The translations under genes and the position numbers were made by a program. A DNA stretch of 20,000 nucleotides, from the IMG/VR virus record IMGVR_UViG_3300031853_000028; one strand, given 5' to 3'. Source of the DNA: an uncultured virus (IMG/VR IMGVR_UViG_3300031853_000028). Lineage: Duplodnaviria > Heunggongvirae > Uroviricota > Caudoviricetes. Positions 10,660 through 18,384 of this stretch are shown in pieces. How positions within the stretch are numbered: the stretch's first letter is position 1; the number at the start of each line of letters is the position of its first letter. The notes below the pieces were generated by a model. It was not told the DNA's origin. It made no database searches and saw nothing but the letters and a program-made list of their open reading frames with translations.

Positions 10660-11601
10660 TTATTGTATCTGTTCAAATGGATTAGGAATATTAGCACCAA
10701 AAGGAGCAAATCCATCTGATGAAGTAGCATTAGCATTGTTGCCACCATTTTTACTTGCCTGTATTTCCTGCTCTCTCTTTGCCTTTAAAGCATCAATATC
10801 TGCATCTTTAAGTCCAACATCATAAATTGTTGTACACTTAGTTGCACCTTTAACTAGATATGACTTGAAAGTTTTAGTTATTGTCTTAACTATATCCTCT
10901 CCGAAACCTGCTTTCTCGACAATTTCTTCAACTACAATTTTATTTACTATATCCCCATGAAATTTAGTAAAACCACCCTTGAAATATCCTGCTTCAAGAA
11001 AAGCCTTTGCCATACTCTGTTCTATCTTTAATGTGATAGGGAACATCTTATCTAATTCAAATACTTTGTTGTCAGAAGTTTTCGTTGTCACGACATTAAA
11101 TGATATATTCAATCCATCTGGAACGTCATTGTTATAGACTTCTTCTATCTTATCAATGATACCCTCAAACTCAAACTTGGAATTCATCTTAACTGAATCC
11201 TTTTTAGAATCTTCAACAACATTGATGAATCTACCTTGCAATTTATTCGAAGTCATTACCTTACCATCATCTGTTGCGAATACGGAAGAATTAATATTAC
11301 CATTTATTTTAAGAATTGGTAACATATATATTGCAGATTCTTTTGGAATATCTGCTTCAATCTTACTTAAATCCTTTAATGGGATTAATTCTGAATACTT
11401 ATTGTAGAAGTATGTAATATCTGTACTATCTTTTTTATACTTTTTTGAGAATAACTGAATAGAATGTTCTGATCCATCTTCTGTTTTTACAACTAAATCA
11501 CCTTTAATACATTCATCACCTGCTTTAGTTTTTCCAAACTCTAGGTTGTTTTTGAGTAATCTTCCTGCAATTTCAATTTTGTTACTAAATTCTCTTGTCA
11601 T
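10660..11601 (-). CDS. Putative ssDNA-binding protein (YorF-like)
   Basis: NKIEIAGRL N-terminus, repeated beta-rich segments (KFEFEGII, KFHGDI), KAGFGE and a flexible tail ending ...PNPFEQIQ. First gene of the replication operon. AGAAAGG spacing favours ATG 11601 over 11610. Confidence 0.6.
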   Translation of the reverse strand: MTREFSNKIEIAGRLLKNNLEFGKTKAGDECIKGDLVVKTEDGSEHSIQLFSKKYKKDSTDITYFYNKYSELIPLKDLSKIEADIPKESAIYMLPILKINGNINSSVFATDDGKVMTSNKLQGRFINVVEDSKKDSVKMNSKFEFEGIIDKIEEVYNNDVPDGLNISFNVVTTKTSDNKVFELDKMFPITLKIEQSMAKAFLEAGYFKGGFTKFHGDIVNKIVVEEIVEKAGFGEDIVKTITKTFKSYLVKGATKCTTIYDVGLKDADIDALKAKREQEIQASKNGGNNANATSSDGFAPFGANIPNPFEQIQ

Positions 11602-11652
11602 AAGATTCATCCTTTCTAATTTGAAATTTATTATTAAATTACTTATGTATTT

Positions 11653-11681
11653 ATTGTATCATTATATTAATCATATGTCAA
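11653..11681 (-). promoter_or_regulatory. SigA/sigma70 promoter for the replication operon
   Basis: Minus strand TTGACA-17 nt-TACAAT with extended -10 TGn and an A/T-rich UP-like tract upstream, in the intergenic gap before the SSB-like gene. Confidence 0.8.
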
Positions 11682-11706
11682 CACCATATATTATTTTTTA
11701 TGATTT

Positions 11707-12018
11707 TTATAATTCTACAGTTTTAACACTTATCATATATGTTTTCTGTAATGCTTCATTGCGAAAAGCACAAACATCATCTACCATCATACCTTTAACT
11801 AAGGTATATCCCTTTAGTTCTAAAGTATCTCTGATAATTCTCATAATTTCTTTTTCATCTGATTTAGCATCTTTCTTATTCTGTTCTTCTGTATCAAGCA
11901 TTTCTTTTAATCTTTCCTCGAAACCTTTATCTTCATATTTTTTCTTATATTTTTTTATCGCAAGTTCTTCTTTCTCTTTTCTATTCACATTCACACCTCT
12001 AATCTTCGCTTTCTTCAA
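11707..12018 (-). CDS. Hypothetical charged protein
   Basis: 103-aa ORF co-oriented with and overlapping the upstream gene. Confidence 0.55.
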   Translation of the reverse strand: MKKAKIRGVNVNRKEKEELAIKKYKKKYEDKGFEERLKEMLDTEEQNKKDAKSDEKEIMRIIRDTLELKGYTLVKGMMVDDVCAFRNEALQKTYMISVKTVEL

Positions 12019-12283
12019 ACACTGATTTTATTCTTCGGAGTAATAACTCTTTATTATAAATACGCTCTTCTATTTCTCTGAAATAAGTCATATTATCTAT
12101 TACCTTATCATGAATCTTTTCAGCATCTAATTGAAGCACACCAATGAGATAATACAATTCATCTAATTTGGATGAGATTATTTCATTTTCCTTAAATGAA
12201 GTTACATTATATAGCCATAGTTCAGATATTTCTTTGGCAAAAGTATTTTCTATATCGTTTTTAGAAATAGAGATTATTGACAT
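11999..12283 (-). CDS. Hypothetical protein
   Basis: 94-aa ORF; RBS AAGGTGTG; ends ESED. Confidence 0.6.
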   Translation of the reverse strand: MSIISISKNDIENTFAKEISELWLYNVTSFKENEIISSKLDELYYLIGVLQLDAEKIHDKVIDNMTYFREIEERIYNKELLLRRIKSVFEESED

Positions 12284-12287
12284 TTAT

Positions 12288-12452
12288 TCACACCTTCTTC
12301 TTATCATTTAATTTATACAACTTATATTTTGCATATTTGTTATTTATTGTTTTTTTCTTTATTTGATTACATTTATTTTCTGTATAAACATCTAAAAAGA
12401 TAAACATAATTAAAAATATAAATTCAATTATAATTAATTCAATTATGTACAT
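12288..12452 (-). CDS. Small membrane protein
   Basis: ATG 12452 preceded by AAGGAGAG; hydrophobic N-terminus and basic tail. Confidence 0.55.
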   Translation of the reverse strand: MYIIELIIIEFIFLIMFIFLDVYTENKCNQIKKKTINNKYAKYKLYKLNDKKKV

Positions 12453-12453
12453 G

Positions 12454-12591
12454 TTAACTCTCCTTATGTGAATGAACAAATACTAATATAGCAATAATTA
12501 TAATTATAAATAAACTAATTAATACTATATCAGGACTTCCATTATTAGACACACCATCAATTTCTTTATACCACAATTCAGTTAATAACAT
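12454..12591 (-). CDS. Small membrane protein, 45 aa (not in ORF track)
   Basis: RBS AAAGGAG, then MLLTELWYKEIDGVSNNGSPDIVLISLFIIIIIAILVFVHSHKES*. Confidence 0.6.
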   Translation of the reverse strand: MLLTELWYKEIDGVSNNGSPDIVLISLFIIIIIAILVFVHSHKES

Positions 12592-12609
12592 AGCAATATC
12601 TCCTTTGTA

Positions 12610-13035
12610 TTATTTTATATTTTTCCAAGCATCCCAATTAAGTGTTGTATCATAACCAAGTTCTTCTTTTGCTTGCTGGGCTAAATCTTCCCATGATAAT
12701 TCAGATATTGCTCTATCCATTAAGCAAGCAGTTTTTAAAGTATATCTTTTCCAAAAACGTTCTGCTCTGTCTTTACCGAAACCAAACTCATCTCTAAGCA
12801 CAGTTAATGACAATAATAAAGTAGTATTTAAAATATTTTCAGTCATTTCTTTTAAATATCCCTCTATTTTTTCCTTGCTATAACTAAGTGGTATGTAAGT
12901 TACATTCCTATAATGAACCTCATCATCAATCTTTTTTAGTCCTTCCTCATATCCATACTCCTTTACCCATGTGTAAGCTTTACATAATGCTTCAATCTGT
13001 GCTTCAACTAATTTATCTCTTCCAATTTTCTTCAT
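12610..13035 (-). CDS. Conserved phage hypothetical protein
   Basis: 141 aa; RBS GAAAGGA; LRDEFGFGKDRAERF motif of a kind seen in Firmicute phage proteins. Confidence 0.7.
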   Translation of the reverse strand: MKKIGRDKLVEAQIEALCKAYTWVKEYGYEEGLKKIDDEVHYRNVTYIPLSYSKEKIEGYLKEMTENILNTTLLLSLTVLRDEFGFGKDRAERFWKRYTLKTACLMDRAISELSWEDLAQQAKEELGYDTTLNWDAWKNIK

Positions 13036-13109
13036 ATTTTTTATAATTCCTTTCGTTTATTATTCTTATTATTCTTGTGTAATCTTTTCTTCTTTGATCC
13101 ATTCTCCAA

Positions 13110-13388
13110 TTAATTATTAAATTTTGTACCACATTTACTACAGAACTTATCATTTGCTGATACGTCATTACCACATTCAGGACAATAATATTGATTCTGT
13201 TCTTCCTGTTCAATTGTATTTGTGTTCATGTGTGCTATATTCTTTATTGCTTTATATTTTAAATTTTCCCAATACAAAGCAACACTTATGAGTATAATAC
13301 ATATAATAACTATAATAATTTTATATATGCCTTCGCCAATTTCTTTAAAAAAACTTTTATCATAATCATAGTTATAAAATTTATCCAT
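13110..13388 (-). CDS. Membrane-anchored zinc-ribbon protein
   Basis: TM segment IIIVIICIILISVALYW; C-terminal CPECG...FCSKCG; RBS AGAAAGGA. Confidence 0.75.
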   Translation of the reverse strand: MDKFYNYDYDKSFFKEIGEGIYKIIIVIICIILISVALYWENLKYKAIKNIAHMNTNTIEQEEQNQYYCPECGNDVSANDKFCSKCGTKFNN

Positions 13389-13409
13389 ATAATCTTCCTT
13401 TCTTTTAAC

Positions 13410-13737
13410 GAGCCTTGAGCAAGAAATCCCCCACCTCTATCTATAGATGGTGGGATAAATTGCTAATTGATACCAACTCTCAAGTGGCATCCCTCTCATA
13501 GAGAGTTTGTTTCCCTTCGCCAATGTTATAAGTGCTTGCCGTAATCGGTCATTCGAGGTTGACTGTTCCTACCCATCAGAACTGTTTACAGAGCCTCCAC
13601 AGTTGCTACAGACTTGGGAATCATCTGTAGGTGTGATAACACAAATAACGTAGTTCTTAAAGAACTTAGGCTAGTCAACTTGGGCTTTTACAAGCTCCGA
13701 CCTCTTAGGTGTTAGCCTTATGTCGAGGGTGGTTGAC
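13410..13737 (-). mobile_element. Non-autonomous IS200/IS605 (IscB/OMEGA-type) mini-element, copy 1
   Basis: Near-identical second copy at 19780 (offset 6370). Bounded by flanking TTAAC (13405-13409) and terminal TTGAC (13733-13737). End hairpin AGCAA..ATCCCCCACC..GGTGGGAT..TTGCT at 13418-13464. No ORF on the operon strand. Confidence 0.8.
13469..13737 (-). ncRNA. HEARO / IscB omegaRNA scaffold (orphan)
   Basis: Minus strand GTCAAC...GTTGAC closing stem, TAGCCTAAG, AACTACGTT, CTACAGA..TCTGTAG stem, TAAACAG, AACATTGGCGAAGG, then 3' hairpins CTCTC/GAGAG and GATGCCA/TGGTATC. These match HEARO/omegaRNA hallmarks by recall; no covariance model was run. Confidence 0.8.
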
Positions 13738-13760
13738 TCACCTCACCTTACTTTATATCA

Positions 13761-14000
13761 TTACTCCTTTATTTCAAATACAGTTGGTGTATCTTCTACT
13801 ATTTCAATTGCATCACCAATAGGACATGCTCTACACATTACATCTCTCTCACATTCAGTATACTTACAATTAGCATCACAATATTTTTCTAACATATTTA
13901 ACGTGTAAGTAGCATCTATTAATCTGCAATCTTCTTCAAGTGGAATCAATCTCTCAATTGAATTATTTGATTTATCGTTCATAATTTTTATATACTTCAT
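13761..14000 (-). CDS. Hypothetical Cys-rich phage protein
   Basis: 79 aa, RLIDA...C..C...C..CP...PTV; RBS AAAGGAG; ATGA overlap. Confidence 0.65.
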   Translation of the reverse strand: MKYIKIMNDKSNNSIERLIPLEEDCRLIDATYTLNMLEKYCDANCKYTECERDVMCRACPIGDAIEIVEDTPTVFEIKE

Positions 14001-14260
14001 TTACTTGCTCTCCTTTCTATCTCTTCTTCTAGCGATTTTCTCCATTGCAACCACAATGGCTTGTCTATGGTTTCACTTCCCCATAGATTCCTCTGTTCCT
14101 GCTCTTCGCAGTCCTTTAGCATTACTGCTAATGTCTTTTGGTCTAGTGTTTGTAACTCTGGCTTTAATGCACTGACTACTAGTGATGGCATATATGTCTG
14201 TCTGCCCATACAATATCTTAATGCACAAATGTAGATTGATTCTTTATCTTGTTTATTCAT
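13997..14260 (-). CDS. Hypothetical phage protein
   Basis: 87 aa, CALRYCMGRQTYMP motif; ATGA coupling. Confidence 0.7.
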   Translation of the reverse strand: MNKQDKESIYICALRYCMGRQTYMPSLVVSALKPELQTLDQKTLAVMLKDCEEQEQRNLWGSETIDKPLWLQWRKSLEEEIERRASK

Positions 14261-14415
14261 TCCTTGTCACTCTCCTTTTTTCCTTGTTCACTTCGTTCCA
14301 ATATTTTATTCAATGCTTCATCACTCATTCCCATTCTCTGCATATTATCTATTGCTTCCAGCAATTCTTCTATGCTATCGAATCCATATAATTCACCTAA
14401 CTTTAAATTTAACAA
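14257..14415 (-). CDS. Hypothetical protein
   Basis: Probable TTG start at 14415 after AGGAG; ends ESDKE. Confidence 0.5.
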   Translation of the reverse strand: MLNLKLGELYGFDSIEELLEAIDNMQRMGMSDEALNKILERSEQGKKESDKE

Positions 14416-14417
14416 TA

Positions 14418-14639
14418 TTATCTCTCCTTCCTGTCTACACTTTCCCAATATATTGACGAGCTTTTCTTATATGGTGCGTTCCACCAATCTTTATATGCTG
14501 AAAAGTTAATACCTTCTCTTTGCATTTCTATTTCAATCCAATCACCTTCATATCTTATTTGATTTTTTCTTGGTTTTAATATTGCTATACACATATCTCC
14601 GTTGGTTACGTTGTCAGATACTTCAATCACTATTTTCAT
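14418..14639 (-). CDS. Hypothetical protein
   Basis: 73 aa; RBS AAGGAG; TNGDM...WWNAPY. Confidence 0.65.
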   Translation of the reverse strand: MKIVIEVSDNVTNGDMCIAILKPRKNQIRYEGDWIEIEMQREGINFSAYKDWWNAPYKKSSSIYWESVDRKER

Positions 14640-14655
14640 TCTTCTTCACTCTCCT

Positions 14656-15057
14656 TTATTTACTCTCCTTTGGCTCTTTATATTCTTTGCTCCAATATCC
14701 ATTGTGTGGACATGTCCTGCAATCAGTAGGTAAAGTGCTAAACGCATTGCTAGGACATGTAAGTCCTACACATTCATGTGTTGTGTCATAAAGATTAATT
14801 CCAAATACTTCTTTAAACTTATCTCTATTTGTTACAATAGGATGCTCTTTGCTCCATTTTTCTACTATTTCTATAATTTCCATTGCATTATAGACTTGAT
14901 CGTCATCTAATTTATTTAAACAACATTTATGAAGAGGACATTCTTTACAAGATTCAATGCCTTCACAACCATGTACTCCTTTATGTTTTTCTCTCAAAGT
15001 GTCCCACATTCTAACCAATTCTTTTTTAAACTCTTCTTTACTTAACATCTTTACCAT
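14656..15057 (-). CDS. Cys-rich hypothetical phage protein
   Basis: 133 aa; CxxCP clusters; VEKWSKEHP..TNRDKF motif. Confidence 0.7.
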   Translation of the reverse strand: MVKMLSKEEFKKELVRMWDTLREKHKGVHGCEGIESCKECPLHKCCLNKLDDDQVYNAMEIIEIVEKWSKEHPIVTNRDKFKEVFGINLYDTTHECVGLTCPSNAFSTLPTDCRTCPHNGYWSKEYKEPKESK

Positions 15058-15431
15058 TCCTTTCTTTCTCTTTTTGGTTTATATGGTTCCGGTATTGGCA
15101 TCCATGCTATAACCTTTTGATTTGCTTTTTTCGCCCATGTCGTTTTTCCTCTGAAACTGTCAAGTCCAACATATACATCTTCCCTAACAATATTCCAAGG
15201 ACATGGGTGATACGTTACCAGAAACTGTCCTTTCTCTTCTGGTAGTTGTTCGTTAACAGGAATCCATCTCTTCGGTTCTAACGGAGCCTGTATAATCAGC
15301 ATATTCATAGCAGTTTGCCATGAAGCACACCATTTTTTCAAGCTCTCATCAGTATCATAGCTTTTTATTTCAACTGGATTTATATCCATCACAAGGTCTG
15401 TCACTTGCTTCATCCATTCTTCTCTTTTCAT
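15051..15431 (-). CDS. DUF551-like phage protein
   Basis: C-terminal WIPVNEQLPE...VIAWMPIPEPY. Confidence 0.7.
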   Translation of the reverse strand: MKREEWMKQVTDLVMDINPVEIKSYDTDESLKKWCASWQTAMNMLIIQAPLEPKRWIPVNEQLPEEKGQFLVTYHPCPWNIVREDVYVGLDSFRGKTTWAKKANQKVIAWMPIPEPYKPKRERKEW

Positions 15432-15625
15432 TCCTTATCCTCACTTTCTTGTGGTTCAACCCTTGAATTCCACTTCTCAATAGCCTCTTCAATTGTCTGT
15501 CCCCTAACCTCTATCAAATGTATGTCAAATCTGAATTTACTGCACTGTATCCCTACTCCATAATTCCACGACCACATATAGGCTTCTGCTCCACAAAATG
15601 GACACGGCTTCAGATTGTCGCTCAT
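15428..15625 (-). CDS. Lar-family (restriction alleviation-like) zinc-finger protein
   Basis: LKPCPFCG...AIEKWNSR signature. Confidence 0.7.
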   Translation of the reverse strand: MSDNLKPCPFCGAEAYMWSWNYGVGIQCSKFRFDIHLIEVRGQTIEEAIEKWNSRVEPQESEDKE

Positions 15626-15828
15626 TTCTTTTCCTCGCTTTCTGGCTTTAATACTGCCTTTAATAGTTTCAATTTCTTTTTCACAGTTTCTCTTTCCCTT
15701 GCTCTTTTTGCTTCTGGAAATATGTAGTCCATAGCATCATTCCAACCTTTAGTATACTGTTCTGCATTATGATAATCTTCATAATTGCGAAATGTCGGAA
15801 CACTTATGTAACGAGGTCTATCTATCAT
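15622..15828 (-). CDS. Hypothetical protein
   Basis: 68 aa; YTKGWNDAM; ends KPESEEKK. Confidence 0.6.
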   Translation of the reverse strand: MIDRPRYISVPTFRNYEDYHNAEQYTKGWNDAMDYIFPEAKRARERETVKKKLKLLKAVLKPESEEKK

Positions 15829-16289
15829 TCCCTATCCCTCACTTTCTGGCTAATCAAATTCCACGGATGTCTTTTTAGAGCAATCTGTTAAAAACTCTTG
15901 TACTGTTTGCCCTGTGTATCTATAAGCTCTATCGTCAATATACAACTGTGCAGGTATTTTTCTGTTGGTTATTCCTATACATGAACAATCACTATAAAAA
16001 GTAGTGTTCCAATCTAGCACTTTTGCTTTTATAGTAAACCCTTGCTTATCCCACCATTCCTTTATCTGACTTGGTTCTCTCGTTGAGATAATCACGCAAG
16101 GAATATTCATAAGTTGTAATATCAGCATCAACTCTAACACATCTTTGTTAGGTTCATCATAAATAGAACCGTCTTGCCAACCTTTAGAATACTTATGAAT
16201 TACCCCATCAAAATCAAAAGCAACTGTTTTTCCTTCTTCTATTACCACATTATACGTTGTTGTCTTCATTCCCTATCCCTCACTTTCTG
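15825..16289. repeat. Perfect 24-bp direct repeat bracketing the HAD gene
   Basis: TCATTCCCTATCCCTCACTTTCTG at 15825-15848 and 16266-16289. Confidence 0.9.
15850..16269 (-). CDS. HAD-superfamily phosphatase-like protein
   Basis: Motif I AFDFDGVIH, motif II ISTR, K of RKIPA, motif IV YIDDRA. Confidence 0.75.
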   Translation of the reverse strand: MKTTTYNVVIEEGKTVAFDFDGVIHKYSKGWQDGSIYDEPNKDVLELMLILQLMNIPCVIISTREPSQIKEWWDKQGFTIKAKVLDWNTTFYSDCSCIGITNRKIPAQLYIDDRAYRYTGQTVQEFLTDCSKKTSVEFD

Positions 16290-16680
16290 CCTTGTAATTG
16301 TCGATAATTTGTGTTGCTATATACAAGCCAGAATTTCTCCCTTTATCGTAATCATTTTCAACCTTACAATAGGCTTGCTCTATATCTGCTTTTATCTTGC
16401 CAAGAATAGATTCTGCTTTCATTGCTTTGATAGCCATGTCAATGTCTGCTCCGTAACTACCATTATGGAATGATTTGAGTTTCTTTAAGTTCTCTATACA
16501 ACGTTCGTATTCTTCATTTTTATTAACCTCTAAAAATAATTCATTCTCTAACTGTCTTTGCATTTGCCCTATCATTCTACCTACATCAAAAGCCTCTTTA
16601 CTATCCTTTAATTCTGGCATAACATTTAACCTTGCATATATTACCTTGCGGACAATCTCATCTGCTCTTTTCTGTGTCAT
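16273..16680 (-). CDS. Hypothetical (mosaic) protein
   Basis: 135 aa; C-terminus ESILGKIKADI...IIDNYKAESEG resembles that of 19162..19455. Confidence 0.65.
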   Translation of the reverse strand: MTQKRADEIVRKVIYARLNVMPELKDSKEAFDVGRMIGQMQRQLENELFLEVNKNEEYERCIENLKKLKSFHNGSYGADIDMAIKAMKAESILGKIKADIEQAYCKVENDYDKGRNSGLYIATQIIDNYKAESEG

Positions 16681-16901
16681 TATTCATCCTCGCTTTCTGC
16701 CTGTTCTATCAATCTTTTTATTTCTAATGCATCTTCCTTAACGGTATATACCTTCCCGTCTACAAGTCTAATTTCTCCATAACCCTCTCTATCTTCCGTA
16801 TAACTTGCAATGTTATCTATGTAAACAATTAAATGACGATACTCATTCCCATAACCTGTTCTAATTAAAATATGAGTTTCAATAAATCTTCTATGTGTCA
16901 T
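16680..16901 (-). CDS. Hypothetical protein
   Basis: 73 aa; TAATG coupling; ends AESEDE. Confidence 0.65.
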   Translation of the reverse strand: MTHRRFIETHILIRTGYGNEYRHLIVYIDNIASYTEDREGYGEIRLVDGKVYTVKEDALEIKRLIEQAESEDE

Positions 16902-17059
16902 ACTTTACTCTCCTTATCTGCGTTCATTACTGCATTATTTAGAAATTCGTTAAACTCATCATAAGTAATTTCCCAACTATCTAACCACTCATACAAATCA
17001 TATCTTCTACATTCTTTGAGTATTGCGTAAGCAATGTGTTCAGCTTTTTCTTTTGTCAT
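16898..17059 (-). CDS. Hypothetical protein, 53 aa (not in ORF track)
   Basis: RBS GAGAGG, then MTKEKAEHIAYAILKECRRYDLYEWLDSWEITYDEFNEFLNNAVMNADKESKV*, with ATGA overlap. Confidence 0.65.
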   Translation of the reverse strand: MTKEKAEHIAYAILKECRRYDLYEWLDSWEITYDEFNEFLNNAVMNADKESKV

Positions 17060-17080
17060 ACTTCTACCTCTCTTTCTAAT

Positions 17081-17557
17081 TCAGTTCGCCCAAACGTGTA
17101 TTTTCTTTCCTGCTTTCAATTTATAAGAACAACAATACCATTCTTTGCCATCCTCACTGACATATGGTATATCTGACTCCTCTATAATGTTTTCAACAGC
17201 TTTGACTACCTGATATGGTAGGAAACAGCCTGCGTGTTCAATCATTTCCATATTGTACATAAGTAAAGGGGTTTTATCATTTAACCATATAGATTCAGAT
17301 AAATCAGTCAATTCTTTATAGGGCTCTCCTTTCCACGTTAACTCTCTTGCGACAACTTGATTATGTCTATCATTGATAAGTCCTCTTGTAATAGTATCAA
17401 TAACATTAAACATACCTTGTAAATCATCTATATATCCATCATATACACCATCTTCATTAATTTCTATTCCTTTTGACAATAGAAAATCAACCCATTCTTG
17501 ATAATATTCATTGTTGCCAAATATCTAGGTATCATTGATGTGTGTTCTATAACTCAT
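17081..17557 (-). pseudogene. Hypothetical gene with an in-frame TAG at codon 11
   Basis: ATG 17557 follows the standard junction RBS; the frame reads MSYRTHINDT*IFGNNEYYQEWVDFLLSKGIEI... and continues in frame into the 17081..17479 ORF. Confidence 0.6.
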
Positions 17558-17560
17558 ATC

Positions 17561-17785
17561 TTATTCCTCACTTTCTGTCTTATCTGCTTCTATGATTGTT
17601 GGCACATCTGCTAAAGTTAGATATTCTCCTACATCTCTGGCATATATCAATCTGCCATGATTTTTCGGCAGCAGTGTGCCATGCACAATAAGTTTTCCAT
17701 AATAGTTTAAAAACAAATTATCAAGCTCATATCTTTTTTTCAAATACTTATAATCCTCTTCGGATATATCAATTACTATATGCAT
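17561..17785 (-). CDS. Hypothetical protein (paralog of 18317..18718)
   Basis: IVIDIS...GTLLPKNHGRL...IIEADKTESEE. Confidence 0.7.
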   Translation of the reverse strand: MHIVIDISEEDYKYLKKRYELDNLFLNYYGKLIVHGTLLPKNHGRLIYARDVGEYLTLADVPTIIEADKTESEE

Positions 17786-17808
17786 TTCTTATTCCTCCTT
17801 TTCCTTAC

Positions 17809-18162
17809 TTATGCGTTATTATCAAAAACTATGCGACAAGGCTCGTTATCCTCACCAAAATTTATTACTATGATATTTTGTACATCATGCTTATGCTTTT
17901 CACACCACTCCATTCTTGCTTCATGGAATCGCTCAGACGTTTTCCACCCAATTTTTGAACAATCTCCATTTATAACGAAAGTATATTCTTCATTTATATA
18001 GGTGTTCATTATAGGACTTATCATATTTTCAATATATTCCTCAAATCCTCCATCTTGCCTAATGATTTGGCTAAACACTTTCACTGCATCTTCTCTTACT
18101 TTCTCTAATTCATCTATATTCCAATGATGTACTATTGTCATTTCATTTCGTATTATTCCCAT
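17809..18162 (-). CDS. Hypothetical protein
   Basis: 117 aa; junction RBS GAAAGCGAGGGA; GDCSKIGW motif. Confidence 0.7.
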   Translation of the reverse strand: MGIIRNEMTIVHHWNIDELEKVREDAVKVFSQIIRQDGGFEEYIENMISPIMNTYINEEYTFVINGDCSKIGWKTSERFHEARMEWCEKHKHDVQNIIVINFGEDNEPCRIVFDNNA

Positions 18163-18192
18163 ATTTATCCCTCGCTTTCTGTCTTGTAGTTA

Positions 18193-18384
18193 TCAAGTAT
18201 ACGGATTTTCACATTTAAAGCCTTTTGGTGCTAGATGGTCTGCACAACCACCACCATATCTACCACTATGGTCGTAATATGGACATTCATTAAGAATACA
18301 CCATTGTTCATTTTTATCAAAATACCTGTCCAAATATTCTAAATATTGTTTCTTTTCTCGCTTTTTTGCTTGTCTGCGATTCAT
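18193..18384 (-). CDS. Hypothetical Cys-containing protein
   Basis: 63 aa; MNRRQAKK start; junction RBS. Confidence 0.6.
   Translation of the reverse strand: MNRRQAKKREKKQYLEYLDRYFDKNEQWCILNECPYYDHSGRYGGGCADHLAPKGFKCENPYT

Noticed and set aside
13013..13213. 66-aa minus-strand ORF
   Set aside because: Overlaps the zinc-ribbon gene and the next gene in another frame; no convincing RBS.
13410..13737. Repeat interpreted as a CRISPR array, tRNA, group I intron or phage terminal repeat/att site
   Set aside because: No repeat-spacer periodicity, cloverleaf or recognisable intron core; the motifs and end hairpin fit omegaRNA/IS200-IS605 better.
13752..13790. TGaTATAAA as a dedicated promoter for the omegaRNA
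   Set aside because: No matching -35, and it would leave only ~8 nt of guide; read-through from the operon is more plausible.
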